Of a DNA stretch of 64,000 nucleotides, positions 11,663 through 21,221 are shown in pieces (the first letter of the stretch is position 1; every line of letters starts with the position of its first letter). The notes beneath the pieces were generated by a model. It made no database searches and was not told where the DNA came from. It saw only the letters and a program-made list of their open reading frames with translations. Source of the DNA: Treponema sp. (GTDB lineage Bacteria; Spirochaetota; Spirochaetia; Treponematales; Treponemataceae); assembly GCA_017619795.1 (NCBI GenBank), contig JAFZRP010000110.1, positions 42,365 through 106,364 of the forward strand. Reading direction: 5' to 3'. Position numbers and translations under genes: made by a program.

Positions 11663-11696
11663 TTATGTGCACTTATACGCACTTATGTGCACTTAT
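11663..11696. repeat. 10-bp tandem repeat TTATRYGCAC x3.4 in a divergent intergenic region
   Basis: ttatgtgcac ttatacgcac ttatgtgcac ttat read directly. Confidence 0.8.
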
Positions 11697-11736
11697 TTCT
11701 GGCGATTCTTTTCTTATTATGTGATAAAATACAGGT

Positions 11737-12234
11737 ATGTTAAGATATTGTCCTAAATGCAAAAAAGATATTGATTTTCCTATTAAAAGCATGCGCGACC
11801 TGGATTCTCTTGTTTGCCCTGTATGCGGCAGCAAAGTGGAAAAAAACAGCAAAAATCCGGAGCGTGTTGATGACAGTGACAGCATAGAAACTGGAATTGG
11901 TAATGCAATTTCTATTTTTTTCAGAATAATTTATTTGTTTTATTTTCTTTTTGCGCTGCCTTCTATGTTCTTTTATTTTTTCTCTATGTCCAAGGCGCTT
12001 TATATTTGCACAATCATCAACCTTGTTTTCTATTTGTGGCAGCTTATTTTCTGGGGTGGCCGGTTTAAGCTTGGGCTTGTTCTGTTACCGCTTGGTGCGG
12101 CAGTTGCCTTTTATTTCCTGCATTCACTTCAGGCGGCGTGTTTTGGCGTACAACTGGTGTTCCTGGCCTATTTTGTAATAAGAGGCCTGCTGTATGAGCT
12201 GTTGTTCAGGATTATTTTTAAGGCAGCTGAGTAG
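11737..12234 (+). CDS. Zinc-ribbon membrane protein, hypothetical
   Basis: CPKC...CPVC followed by about 4 TM helices. Confidence 0.7.
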   Translation: MLRYCPKCKKDIDFPIKSMRDLDSLVCPVCGSKVEKNSKNPERVDDSDSIETGIGNAISIFFRIIYLFYFLFALPSMFFYFFSMSKALYICTIINLVFYLWQLIFWGGRFKLGLVLLPLGAAVAFYFLHSLQAACFGVQLVFLAYFVIRGLLYELLFRIIFKAAE

Positions 12235-12249
12235 AAGGGGAGTTTAATT

Positions 12250-12768
12250 ATGGTAATTGAAAAATACAATCCGCTTTGGCCGGAGCAGTTTAATACTCTA
12301 AAAACAATTTATGAGCAGAATTGTACGGAATATATTTCGATTGAGCATGTTGGAAGTACGTCTATTCCGGGGATGAGTGCAAAGCCGATTATTGATATTG
12401 ATATTGTAGTAGAAGATGAAACACAGTTTTTGCGGCTAAAAGAAGAGCTGGCAAAGCTTGGATATAGTCACGAAGGGAATTATGGGATTCCTGGAAGAGA
12501 AGCCTTTAAGCTGGAAGGAATAAAGAGCCCGGTTTATGAAACCTTGACTGGAATCGACCATCATTTATATGTCTGTACAAAAGATAATGCGGAGCTTTTA
12601 AGGCACCTTAAGTTTAGAAATAAATTGAGGACATCGCCGGCACTGGTGGACCAATACAACAAAATCAAGGAAGAGATTTTGCTGAAGGTTGGTCCGGATA
12701 ACAGGGCCGGGTATGTCCACATGAAGGAAACAGATTATAAATGGTTCTTTGAGCAGGTTCTTGAGTAG
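12250..12768 (+). CDS. GrpB family (UPF0157, nucleotidyltransferase-fold) protein
   Basis: YNPLWP..F, IEHVGSTSIPGMSAKPIIDIDIVV, HHLYVC, RHLKFRNKLR. Confidence 0.9.
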   Translation: MVIEKYNPLWPEQFNTLKTIYEQNCTEYISIEHVGSTSIPGMSAKPIIDIDIVVEDETQFLRLKEELAKLGYSHEGNYGIPGREAFKLEGIKSPVYETLTGIDHHLYVCTKDNAELLRHLKFRNKLRTSPALVDQYNKIKEEILLKVGPDNRAGYVHMKETDYKWFFEQVLE

Positions 12769-12802
12769 ATCTAACCTGATTTATAATCTGTCAGTTTATG
12801 CG

Positions 12803-14083
12803 TTATATTGCAGCAAATCCGTTTTCAAGATCAGCAATAATGTCATCAATGTGCTCTGTACCAATTGAAAGGCGGATTGTATTCTGCTGGATTCCCTGGT
12901 CAGCAAGCTCGGCATCATTAAGCTGAGAGTGTGTTGTACTTGCCGGGTGAATTACGAGTGATTTAACATCTGCAACATTTGCAAGCAGGCTGAAAATCTT
13001 AAGATTATCTATAAACTTCCAGGCTTCTTCGCGTCCACCCTTGATATTAAAGGTGAAAATACTTGCACCTCCGTTAGGGAAATATTTCTGATACAAAGCA
13101 TGGTTCGGGTGATCTGCGAGGGAAGGGTGATTTACCTTTTCTACCTTTGGATGCTTGCTCAGGAATTCAACAACCTTTTTTGTATTTTCTGCATGGCGAT
13201 CGAGACGAAGACTCAAGGTTTCAACACCCTGGAGCAAAAGGAATGCATTGAATGGTGAAATTGTAGCACCTGTATCACGAAGCAGAATAGCACGGATGTA
13301 AGTTACAAAGGCAGCTGGTCCAACAACATCATAGAAAGAAACGCCATGGTAACTTGGGTTAGGAGCCGCAATCTGAGGATAATTGCCGCTTGCTTTCCAG
13401 TTGAACTTACCGCTTTCAATAATAATTCCACCAAGAGTAGTTCCGTGTCCACCAAGGAACTTTGTAGCTGAGTGAACAACAATATCTGCTCCGTGCTCGA
13501 ATGGACGGATAAGGTATGGTGTACCAAAAGTATTATCAACTACAACAGGAAGCCCGTGCTTGTGAGCAATTGCTGAAATAGCATCAATATCTGGAATGTC
13601 GCTGTTAGGATTTCCAAGGGTTTCAAGATAGATTGCGCGTGTGTTTTCTTTGATTGCGCCTTCAACTTCCTTAAGATTGTGAGCATCTACAAAAGTTGTA
13701 GTGATTCCGTACTGAGGAAGAGTGTGAGCCAGAAGGTTGTAGCTTCCGCCGTAAATTGTTTTCTGTGCTACAATGTGACCGCCGTTTGCAGCAAGGGCTT
13801 CAATTGTATAAGTAATTGCTGCCGCACCAGAAGCAAGTGCCAGCGCAGCTGAACCGCCTTCCAAAGCAGCAACTCGTTTTTCCAGAACATCTTGTGTTGA
13901 GTTTGTAAGACGTCCGTAAATGTTTCCGGCATCTGCCAGACCAAATCGGTCTGCTGCGTGCTTTGAATTGTGGAATACATAAGAGGTTGTCTGATAAATT
14001 GGTACTGCGCGTGCATCTGTTGCAGGATCTGCACTTTCCTGTCCTACGTGTAACTGTAATGTTTCGAATTTATAATTTGCCAT
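12803..14083 (-). CDS. metY: O-acetylhomoserine aminocarboxypropyltransferase (O-acetylhomoserine/serine sulfhydrylase)
   Basis: RAVPIYQTTSY, GNIYGRLTN, PLP-lysine motif HSATKFLGGHG, LANVADVKSLVIHPASTTH. Confidence 0.95.
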   Translation of the reverse strand: MANYKFETLQLHVGQESADPATDARAVPIYQTTSYVFHNSKHAADRFGLADAGNIYGRLTNSTQDVLEKRVAALEGGSAALALASGAAAITYTIEALAANGGHIVAQKTIYGGSYNLLAHTLPQYGITTTFVDAHNLKEVEGAIKENTRAIYLETLGNPNSDIPDIDAISAIAHKHGLPVVVDNTFGTPYLIRPFEHGADIVVHSATKFLGGHGTTLGGIIIESGKFNWKASGNYPQIAAPNPSYHGVSFYDVVGPAAFVTYIRAILLRDTGATISPFNAFLLLQGVETLSLRLDRHAENTKKVVEFLSKHPKVEKVNHPSLADHPNHALYQKYFPNGGASIFTFNIKGGREEAWKFIDNLKIFSLLANVADVKSLVIHPASTTHSQLNDAELADQGIQQNTIRLSIGTEHIDDIIADLENGFAAI

Positions 14084-14127
14084 ATTTGTTCTCCTAAATA
14101 ATAATTAAACTCTCTCAAATCAGTGAT

Positions 14128-14193
14128 TTAGTTGTGACACATGACTCCGTTTCTAAAGTTTTCCCGTACAAGCTTTTCAAAATATAATTTCAT
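14128..14193 (-). CDS. Small leader ORF upstream of metY, MKLYFEKLVRENFRNGVMCHN (21 aa)
   Basis: ATG at 14193 with GGAGG 6 nt upstream; TAA at 14128; lies between the promoter and metY; below the ORF-track cutoff. Confidence 0.6.
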   Translation of the reverse strand: MKLYFEKLVRENFRNGVMCHN

Positions 14194-14212
14194 TATGAAC
14201 CTCCAAAAGGTT

Positions 14213-14282
14213 TATAACCTATTATTAAACTAGGTAATAAGTGGAGTATAAAGTGTAAAACCTACTGTGTCAATAGGTAATA
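14213..14282 (-). promoter_or_regulatory. metY promoter TTGACA-N17-TATACT with two ACCTA-N9-TAGGT inverted repeats (Rrf2/CymR/IscR-like operators)
   Basis: -35 at 14268-14273 and -10 at 14245-14250; boxes tataaccta-N9-taggtaata (14213-14239) and taaaaccta-N9-taggtaata (14256-14282). Confidence 0.75.
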
Positions 14283-14393
14283 TAAAAAACTTTTGTTATT
14301 TTTGCAAAAAAATTTTTTTCTTCAATTTTATATCCTTTTTTATTTATTTTTGTTAGAATAGGGGACGAAATCAATTTCTAGGATAGAGTTAGA

Positions 14394-15758
14394 ATGAAAA
14401 AAACAGTATCAAAAATCCTTTCATTATCATTTGTATTGTGTACTGTGGTATTTTCGACACCGCTTTCTGCACAGGTAAAAACAACCTTCACTAAAGAAAC
14501 TCGCCCTGCTGATTATAAGCCAACTGGTATGGTTGCCAGCGAAGGACAAGGTACACAAAATAAAGTAGACGTACAAATGCCGGCTAAAACAAGGGGTATT
14601 GAACGTTATCAGAAAAAGAACGTTTTTGGTCAGGATATTCCAGATTCATTTCTTTTTTATAGAAGTGTTCTTAATGAGCGCCAGAAGGTAGCTTATGATA
14701 TTGTTTATAAATGCGTTATGAATGCACAGCATGAGGTTGAGCTTACAGTAAAAACTTCGGTTGATGAGTTTGCACAGGTTATAAATGCAGTTCGTTACGA
14801 TAATCCTGAGGCTATCTGGTGGAGTGGTTATTACACTTATTGGACGAACTCTGATAATGTTGTAACAAAGGTTGATCCTGTTTATTGGGTTGAAGATTCT
14901 CAAATTGAGAAAGCATATAATGATTTCTGGTCTATGACTGTCCCTATTATCTTTTATGCTTCAAGACTTTCAGACGAAATGAGCAAAATCAAATATATTC
15001 ACGACTATATCTGCCTTTCTACAGAATATGATCATGAAGCCGCAGATTCAAATAATTGTGGCGGAAAATATCAGACGGCTTACAGCTGTGCAGTTGAATA
15101 CAAAACTGTTTGTGCCGGTTATTCTGCCTGCTTCCAGTATTATATGCAGCAGCTTGGCATTCCTTGTGCAAGCATGTGGGGAAGTGGTCACCAGTGGAAC
15201 TTTATACAGGTAGACGGTCACTATTACCAGATGGATGTAACCTGGGACGATACTATGATTGTTCCGTGTTATTATAATCTTATGCACGCTGATATGCAGA
15301 AGATTGACTCTCATACTCCAGATCCTTTAGCAAAGAATGTTATAAAAAAATATCCGAGTAAAACAAATAAAATGACTTACCTTAAGTACTTTGGACCTTT
15401 AGTTGAAGGAAGCCCCTATACTTATGCGGAGCTTGGTAATTTTGAAGAAGAAGTAAATAATCCGGAAAAAGCAAAAGTCTATGAAGATACTCCACAGATT
15501 TTGCCTATTATAAGTAATAAAAATGATTTTGAGCAGCTTGTAAAATACGGTTTTAATTCAACAGGAAATTCTACGGTAGATTTTTTCTTCTTTATTCCTA
15601 ATGAAAAGAAAGTGGATTACGTTGTAAATCCTATTACTGACGGTACAGTAGGAAATTGGCTCTATTCTTTAGGAAAAAGTGGAACTTATAGCTACGGTTA
15701 TAATTCCACCACAATTGATGGTTCTTTAGTTATGAATTTAACACTTGAGGCAAATTAA
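14394..15758 (+). CDS. Secreted transglutaminase-like (papain-fold Cys-His-Asp) protein
   Basis: Signal peptide; KYIHDYIC, VCAGYS (Cys), HQWNFI (His), MDVTWDD (Asp). Confidence 0.85.
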   Translation: MKKTVSKILSLSFVLCTVVFSTPLSAQVKTTFTKETRPADYKPTGMVASEGQGTQNKVDVQMPAKTRGIERYQKKNVFGQDIPDSFLFYRSVLNERQKVAYDIVYKCVMNAQHEVELTVKTSVDEFAQVINAVRYDNPEAIWWSGYYTYWTNSDNVVTKVDPVYWVEDSQIEKAYNDFWSMTVPIIFYASRLSDEMSKIKYIHDYICLSTEYDHEAADSNNCGGKYQTAYSCAVEYKTVCAGYSACFQYYMQQLGIPCASMWGSGHQWNFIQVDGHYYQMDVTWDDTMIVPCYYNLMHADMQKIDSHTPDPLAKNVIKKYPSKTNKMTYLKYFGPLVEGSPYTYAELGNFEEEVNNPEKAKVYEDTPQILPIISNKNDFEQLVKYGFNSTGNSTVDFFFFIPNEKKVDYVVNPITDGTVGNWLYSLGKSGTYSYGYNSTTIDGSLVMNLTLEAN

Positions 15759-15787
15759 GTTCATTTTTGGTGAGGTTTGAGGTTATG

Positions 15788-17821
15788 ATGAAACAATATA
15801 AAAGAATAATTTTATGCGGCTTGCTTTTTGTCGCCGTAAGTACCTTTATGTTTTCTGCCAAAAAAAAGAAGGCTGCTTCAAAAGCAAAGTCATGGGAAGA
15901 ATCTTATGCAGAGCTTACAGCATCTACCTTTGAGATGGCACAAGAATTTTTTGAACTTGGAATGACCTGCTACTCTGAAAAAGAATATAAGGATGCCGCA
16001 GATTATCTTAAAACGGCCTTTGAGCTTTACGATGTAAGCGAAAATTATGAGGTTGTTGTAGATAATGCACTTAAGGTTTTCTTTGAGCTGAACGATTATC
16101 CTGAAAAATACGATAATTCTTTTTTTGATCTAAAGCTGGATGTTCTGATGTCTGGTATTCAGGCATCGGAGAATGCAAGACTTTATCTTTCTTCTGAAAA
16201 AGAAGATGTTATGCAAAAGGCTTTACCATTGTACTATGCAACAGTTTCTTTATGCGCCGAATACAAAGACCCAAAATCTGCATTTTATTATTCTGAGCTT
16301 TCCAGAAGCCGTGGATTTTTGGATGAAATTGGTATTGAAACCGGCTTAACCCTTGATGGAATTACGGACGAGCAGCGTAAGCAATACAGGGAGCTTTCAA
16401 AGCAAATCCAGTCAACTACAAAGAAAATTGCTGAGCAGAACTCAAAACCAAAGGACAAAGTTGACGCTAATGCTCTTACAAAATATAAGGATGAACTGGC
16501 CGAGAAAAATAAAAAACTTTCCGAACTTGAAGCGCAGATTCTGGAATATGAACCACGCTTTGAATGGTTTAAAAATCCTGAGCCAGTAGATTTCCAGGAA
16601 GCAAGAAAGTGGTGCGGAAATAATTGTGTTATTCTGGAGTATGTAATTTGGGATGATGATAAGACAAAGAAAATCAATCCGTATTGTCTTGTTATTTCTA
16701 ACAGAAAGGTTGTTTGTGTTCCTTTGGACAGCGAGTTTGATTTTTCCGGTGCTTCCAGACAATTCCGCGAATTGCTTATAAACAGAAAATCTCTGGCAGA
16801 TAAAGAGCTGAATGAGCAGAGTAGAATCCTTTATGAAAAGCTTATTGCTCCTGTTCTGTTGGAAATCCCATTTAAGGCTTATGATCTTGTAATTGTACCG
16901 GATGGCGCAATTTCCTTTATTCCATTTGATGTTTTAAGCGAGGATGGAAAGACGTTTTTGGGCAGTTTATTCAATTTGAGTATGTCGCCGTCTGTTTCTG
17001 TAAGCATGATGACGAGCTCAAAGGATTATACTTTCTCTGAAAAAATGCTTGGAATTGGAAATGCAATTTATTCAACTGAAGATGACGGTACAGACCGTGC
17101 TTTTACAATGAAGTTTCTTTCAAAGGCATCTGCACCAGCATCCAGCGCGAACTCTAGAGAAAATCTCTTAAAAAAATATGTTGAAGCAGAAGATGCAGGC
17201 CATTATTTTGCTACAAAAAATATAAGCTGGTGCAATATTCCGGGAACAGGAGAAGAGATCCATAATATTCAAAAAAATGTTTTTGGAAAAGATTTGTTCC
17301 AGATAGTGGAAACTTCAAAGGCAACTGAACAGACAATAAAAGAGCTTTCGGAGTCAAAAAAGCTTGCAGATTATTCTGTAATTCATTTTGCGTGCCACGG
17401 CTATTATGATATTGATTATCCGCAGATGTCCAGCATTGTTTTTGGCGAGGTTTCTACAGATGTAGATTCGCGCAAAGGACAGGATGGTTATCTTACTTTG
17501 TCGGAAGCAGCCGTTCTAAATCTAAATGCAGACCTGGTAAATCTTTCTGCGTGCCAGACAGGACTTGCCAAAATACAAAAAGGCGAGGGTATGTCCGGAC
17601 TTGTCCGTTCGTTTTTGATAGCAGGAGCCAGAAAGGTTGGTGTTACGCTCTGGTGTGTTGATGATGAAGCAACCTGTGAGTTTATGACAAGAATGTATTC
17701 TAAGGTAAATGATTACGGAATGACTTATCAGGAAGCTTATGCTGTGACAAAGGAAGAGTTCCGCAATATAGAAAAATGGTCCTCTCCGTATTACTGGGCT
17801 GCATTCATTTTGTATGAATAA
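15788..17821 (+). CDS. CHAT-domain (caspase-like) protease with signal peptide, short TPR-like region and coiled coil
   Basis: SELSRSRGFLDE, LVIVPDGAISFIPF, IHFACHG (His), LSACQTG (Cys), TLWCVDD, PYYWAAFIL. Confidence 0.9.
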   Translation: MKQYKRIILCGLLFVAVSTFMFSAKKKKAASKAKSWEESYAELTASTFEMAQEFFELGMTCYSEKEYKDAADYLKTAFELYDVSENYEVVVDNALKVFFELNDYPEKYDNSFFDLKLDVLMSGIQASENARLYLSSEKEDVMQKALPLYYATVSLCAEYKDPKSAFYYSELSRSRGFLDEIGIETGLTLDGITDEQRKQYRELSKQIQSTTKKIAEQNSKPKDKVDANALTKYKDELAEKNKKLSELEAQILEYEPRFEWFKNPEPVDFQEARKWCGNNCVILEYVIWDDDKTKKINPYCLVISNRKVVCVPLDSEFDFSGASRQFRELLINRKSLADKELNEQSRILYEKLIAPVLLEIPFKAYDLVIVPDGAISFIPFDVLSEDGKTFLGSLFNLSMSPSVSVSMMTSSKDYTFSEKMLGIGNAIYSTEDDGTDRAFTMKFLSKASAPASSANSRENLLKKYVEAEDAGHYFATKNISWCNIPGTGEEIHNIQKNVFGKDLFQIVETSKATEQTIKELSESKKLADYSVIHFACHGYYDIDYPQMSSIVFGEVSTDVDSRKGQDGYLTLSEAAVLNLNADLVNLSACQTGLAKIQKGEGMSGLVRSFLIAGARKVGVTLWCVDDEATCEFMTRMYSKVNDYGMTYQEAYAVTKEEFRNIEKWSSPYYWAAFILYE

Positions 17822-17867
17822 TTTGTAATTAATTGATAATATAGATGAGACAAAACAAGAGGTTTTT

Positions 17868-19241
17868 ATGAGTGAAGAGAATAAAACAACAGACATTGCA
17901 GAAAACAAAATGGGTACAATGCCACTTGGTAAGCTGCTTATTCAAATGTCGCTGCCAATGATGGTTTCAATGTTTGTTCAGGCGTTATACAACATTGTAG
18001 ATAGTATTTTCGTTGCAAAGATTTCGGAGCATGCTCTAACAGCAGTTTCGCTCGCATTTCCAATTCAGAACCTGCTTATTGCGGTGGCAGTTGGTACAGG
18101 TGTTGGTATAAACTCTCTTTTGTCGCGCAGATTAGGTGAAAAGCGTCAGGACCAGGTAGATAAAGCCGCAATGAACGGTATTTTCCTTACAATCTGCAGC
18201 TTTATTGTTTTCTTAATTATAGGTATTGTTGTTCCGGAGCCATATTTCCGCAGTCAGACAGATAATGCAGAGATTATTGAATACGGAATTACGTATATGC
18301 GAATCTGTCTTATTGTTTCTGTAGGTATCTGTGGCTCCATCACTTTTGAGCGCCTTTTGCAGTCTACAGGTCTAACAATGCTTTCTATGGTTTCGCAGCT
18401 TGTAGGAACTGCCTTTAACCTTATTTTTGACCCGATTTTGATTTTTGGTCTTCTTGGTTTTCCAAAGCTTGGCATAGCAGGTGCCGCAATTGCAACCGTT
18501 ATGGGACAGATTGCCGCAATGACCGTTTCCTTTATCCTCAACATCAAGAAGAATAAAGAAATCCACTTCACCTTTAAGGGCTTAAAACCAGATTGGGAAA
18601 TTATCAAAGGAATATACGCAGTTGGTATTCCTTCTATTATTCTTGGTTCAGTTGGCTCGATTATGGTTTACTTCTTAAATCTGATTTTAGGAGCCTTTAC
18701 AACAACTGCAATCGCTGTATTCGGCGTTTACTTTAAGCTGCAGAGCTTTGTATTTATGCCGGTTTTCGGTTTGAATAACGGTGCCGTACCAATTATTGCA
18801 TACAACTACGGTGCAAAAAAGAAGAGCCGTATTATTGGTGCGGTTAAGCTTAGTGCATTAACTGCTGCTTGTATTATGCTTGTAGGCACTTTAATTTTCG
18901 AGATTTTCCCGGCTCAGCTGCTTATGCTATTTAATGCGTCACCGGAAATGCTTTCTATTGGTGTAAAAGCTATGAGAATAATTGGCATTCATTTCCCGAT
19001 TGCCGCTTTCTGTATTATTTTTGGCTGCGTTTTCCAGGCTTTGGGGCAGGGAATCCAGAGTATGGTTATAAGCTTTGTACGTCAGCTCATAGTTTTGCTT
19101 CCGGCAGCCTGGCTTTTGTCTCTTACCGGCAATATTGATAACGTATGGTGGGCTTTCCCTATTGCAGAGATTTCGTCACTGGCGTTGAGTGTATTCTTTT
19201 TAAGACAAGTTTATAAAAAATATATTAAGCCAATGGCTTAG
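17868..19241 (+). CDS. MATE family efflux transporter
   Basis: PMMVSMFVQALYNIVDSIFV, FNLIFDPILIFG, LGIAGAAIATV. Confidence 0.93.
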   Translation: MSEENKTTDIAENKMGTMPLGKLLIQMSLPMMVSMFVQALYNIVDSIFVAKISEHALTAVSLAFPIQNLLIAVAVGTGVGINSLLSRRLGEKRQDQVDKAAMNGIFLTICSFIVFLIIGIVVPEPYFRSQTDNAEIIEYGITYMRICLIVSVGICGSITFERLLQSTGLTMLSMVSQLVGTAFNLIFDPILIFGLLGFPKLGIAGAAIATVMGQIAAMTVSFILNIKKNKEIHFTFKGLKPDWEIIKGIYAVGIPSIILGSVGSIMVYFLNLILGAFTTTAIAVFGVYFKLQSFVFMPVFGLNNGAVPIIAYNYGAKKKSRIIGAVKLSALTAACIMLVGTLIFEIFPAQLLMLFNASPEMLSIGVKAMRIIGIHFPIAAFCIIFGCVFQALGQGIQSMVISFVRQLIVLLPAAWLLSLTGNIDNVWWAFPIAEISSLALSVFFLRQVYKKYIKPMA

Positions 19242-21150
19242 CCTTCTCAAACAGCGAATCATAATCCTTTGTTTCCGGGTTTACAAAGGCAACGCCAACT
19301 CGGCAGGAAAGGATTATGTTGTTGTTTTCAATACTGTATTTCTTTCTGATGATGTTGTTCATAGCCTCAGCTTTTGCAAGAATTATTTTTTCTGTATTTA
19401 GAGAAGAGTTCTTTCGCAATCTTACAAAAATGGCAAATCTGTTCTCGCCAATTCGGGCAATTGTATCATCACTGGAGCTGATAATGCACAGATGCTTTGT
19501 AGTTTCAAGCAGAACATAATCACCTACAGAATAACCAAAGTCCTTTACAATCTGCTTGAAATTATCAATATCAATAATCAGCATTGCATATGAAAACTCC
19601 ATAAAATTGCAGCGTGGAAGAACTTCTGAAACCCTCTGCTTGAACTGTTTTTCGTTCAGAATGCCGGAGAGGGAATCGATTTCGTGTGCAATCATGCTGT
19701 TTCGGGCCATTTTAATCTGAGAATTGATATTTTTAACACCAACAACAAAATTGTGATTTTCTTCAAAATTGATGGAACGGAAAATCCTTGTCTGGAAATA
19801 TTCGTAAACATCGTTGTACAGCATTCTGTAGGTAACAAAGAACATCCTGTGTTCTGTAAGCTCTTTTGTAACAATTTCGCGGGAAACTGCACGCTTGAAA
19901 ATCTCATAATCTTCAGGGTGGACTACAAGCTTGTGGAAAGGAGTAAGCTCGTCTGAAAAACAGTCCTCTAAAGCAGGGAATGCATCTACAGGAGCATCTT
20001 CTGGGAAAGATTCTGGATTGTTATAAGAGTAGAGGACTTTGCCAGAATCGAGGTTTGCAAGATAAACCGCATCATAATCAACTGCAAGTGTTTTGATTAT
20101 TTCTTCATACATTTCTCGTCTCTTGCTGATTGCAGCTTCAAGATCACGGTTAATAAAGCCCATTGCAAAGCAGAAATCTGGAGTATCATTAATGCGGATG
20201 CAGCGGATTTCGTACCAATGCTCTTTGTTATCCAGGATTATAGTAAAGAAAATAGAAAATGATTTTCGCTCTGAAAGAACCTTTTTAAGATTTTCAGGAG
20301 AAAGCTGTTCTTCTACGTTTTTCTGATCATGCTTAGCGACAAACTGCTTATTGTATTTAATGTAACTCTCTGAATAACAGATTGTCTCTGTTTCGGTTTT
20401 AATGTATTTGTGCATTTTGCTGTTGTTGAATCGCAACAGGTACAACTTGTCCTCTGTAAGGTTAACGAGATGAGCCGAATCATATTCTTTTGTAAGCATA
20501 TCTATGATGTACTGGCGGCCAAGAATCTCTTCCTGCTTCTTTTTCTCTTTTTTAACGATGTCATCAACGGTTCGTACAAGGAAAACACCTACAGGCTCTG
20601 TATTTTTGTTTACAAAGCAGACGGTGCACTCAATCCAGGACGAGTTGCCGGTACCGAAGGAGTGTAAATTACGCAAAGAAACCTTTTTGTTGCCTTCTTG
20701 CCAGAGGTGAATAAGGTTTTTACGGCAGAAAAGAGACTGAAACTTCTGCTTTTGCTCAAAATTGTGGATTGATTTTGAAATATTTTTAATAAAATCGTCA
20801 ATTGAGCCGTCATCGCTTATGTCTTTGAACCAGTTTGTGTCGTTGTAATTAAGAAGGCGGTAGGTATTTTCTCCAAGATTAAATACGAAAATCATCTGGT
20901 AGAGGTTTCCAAATGATTCTGTACAGTAGCGGAAAGAAACATCGGAGTGGGTGTTTGCCATCAGTTCGTTAAGCTCTACCTTAAATAACTCTGCCAGCTC
21001 AATAATTCTGAAAATATCGGGTACGCTTTGCCCGTTTTCCCACTTTGCAACAGCTTGTCGGGAGATTCCGCATTTTTCGGCCAGCATCTCCTGAGTCCAT
21101 TTTTTTTCTTTTCTTAACGCAGTTATCCTTGCAGAAAAAGTGTCTTGCAT
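19225..21150 (-). CDS. XRE-type HTH + tandem PAS-like domains + degenerate, C-terminally truncated GGDEF domain
   Basis: LRKEKKWTQEMLAEKCGISRQAVAKWENG; VHPED PAS motif; IDIDNFKQI..GYSVGD; active-site loop reads RIGENRF; stops at FEKAKPLA, overlapping the MATE 3' end. Confidence 0.82.
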   Translation of the reverse strand: MQDTFSARITALRKEKKWTQEMLAEKCGISRQAVAKWENGQSVPDIFRIIELAELFKVELNELMANTHSDVSFRYCTESFGNLYQMIFVFNLGENTYRLLNYNDTNWFKDISDDGSIDDFIKNISKSIHNFEQKQKFQSLFCRKNLIHLWQEGNKKVSLRNLHSFGTGNSSWIECTVCFVNKNTEPVGVFLVRTVDDIVKKEKKKQEEILGRQYIIDMLTKEYDSAHLVNLTEDKLYLLRFNNSKMHKYIKTETETICYSESYIKYNKQFVAKHDQKNVEEQLSPENLKKVLSERKSFSIFFTIILDNKEHWYEIRCIRINDTPDFCFAMGFINRDLEAAISKRREMYEEIIKTLAVDYDAVYLANLDSGKVLYSYNNPESFPEDAPVDAFPALEDCFSDELTPFHKLVVHPEDYEIFKRAVSREIVTKELTEHRMFFVTYRMLYNDVYEYFQTRIFRSINFEENHNFVVGVKNINSQIKMARNSMIAHEIDSLSGILNEKQFKQRVSEVLPRCNFMEFSYAMLIIDIDNFKQIVKDFGYSVGDYVLLETTKHLCIISSSDDTIARIGENRFAIFVRLRKNSSLNTEKIILAKAEAMNNIIRKKYSIENNNIILSCRVGVAFVNPETKDYDSLFEKAKPLA

Positions 21151-21184
21151 AATACCTCTTTAGAAATATTTTAATACAAGATTT

Positions 21185-21221
21185 AAAAAAAACAAGTCCA
21201 ACATATCCGTTGGACCTGTTT
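21185..21221 (-). terminator. Intrinsic terminator-like hairpin with U-tract just upstream of the HTH-PAS-GGDEF gene
   Basis: Minus strand aaacaggtccaac-ggatat-gttggacttgttt followed by a T run. Confidence 0.65.

Noticed and set aside
12769-12809. attC-like ends ATCTAAC...GTTATAT after the GrpB gene
   Set aside because: Only about 40 nt, no L boxes, no repeated sites and no integrase; more likely a convergent-gene hairpin or chance
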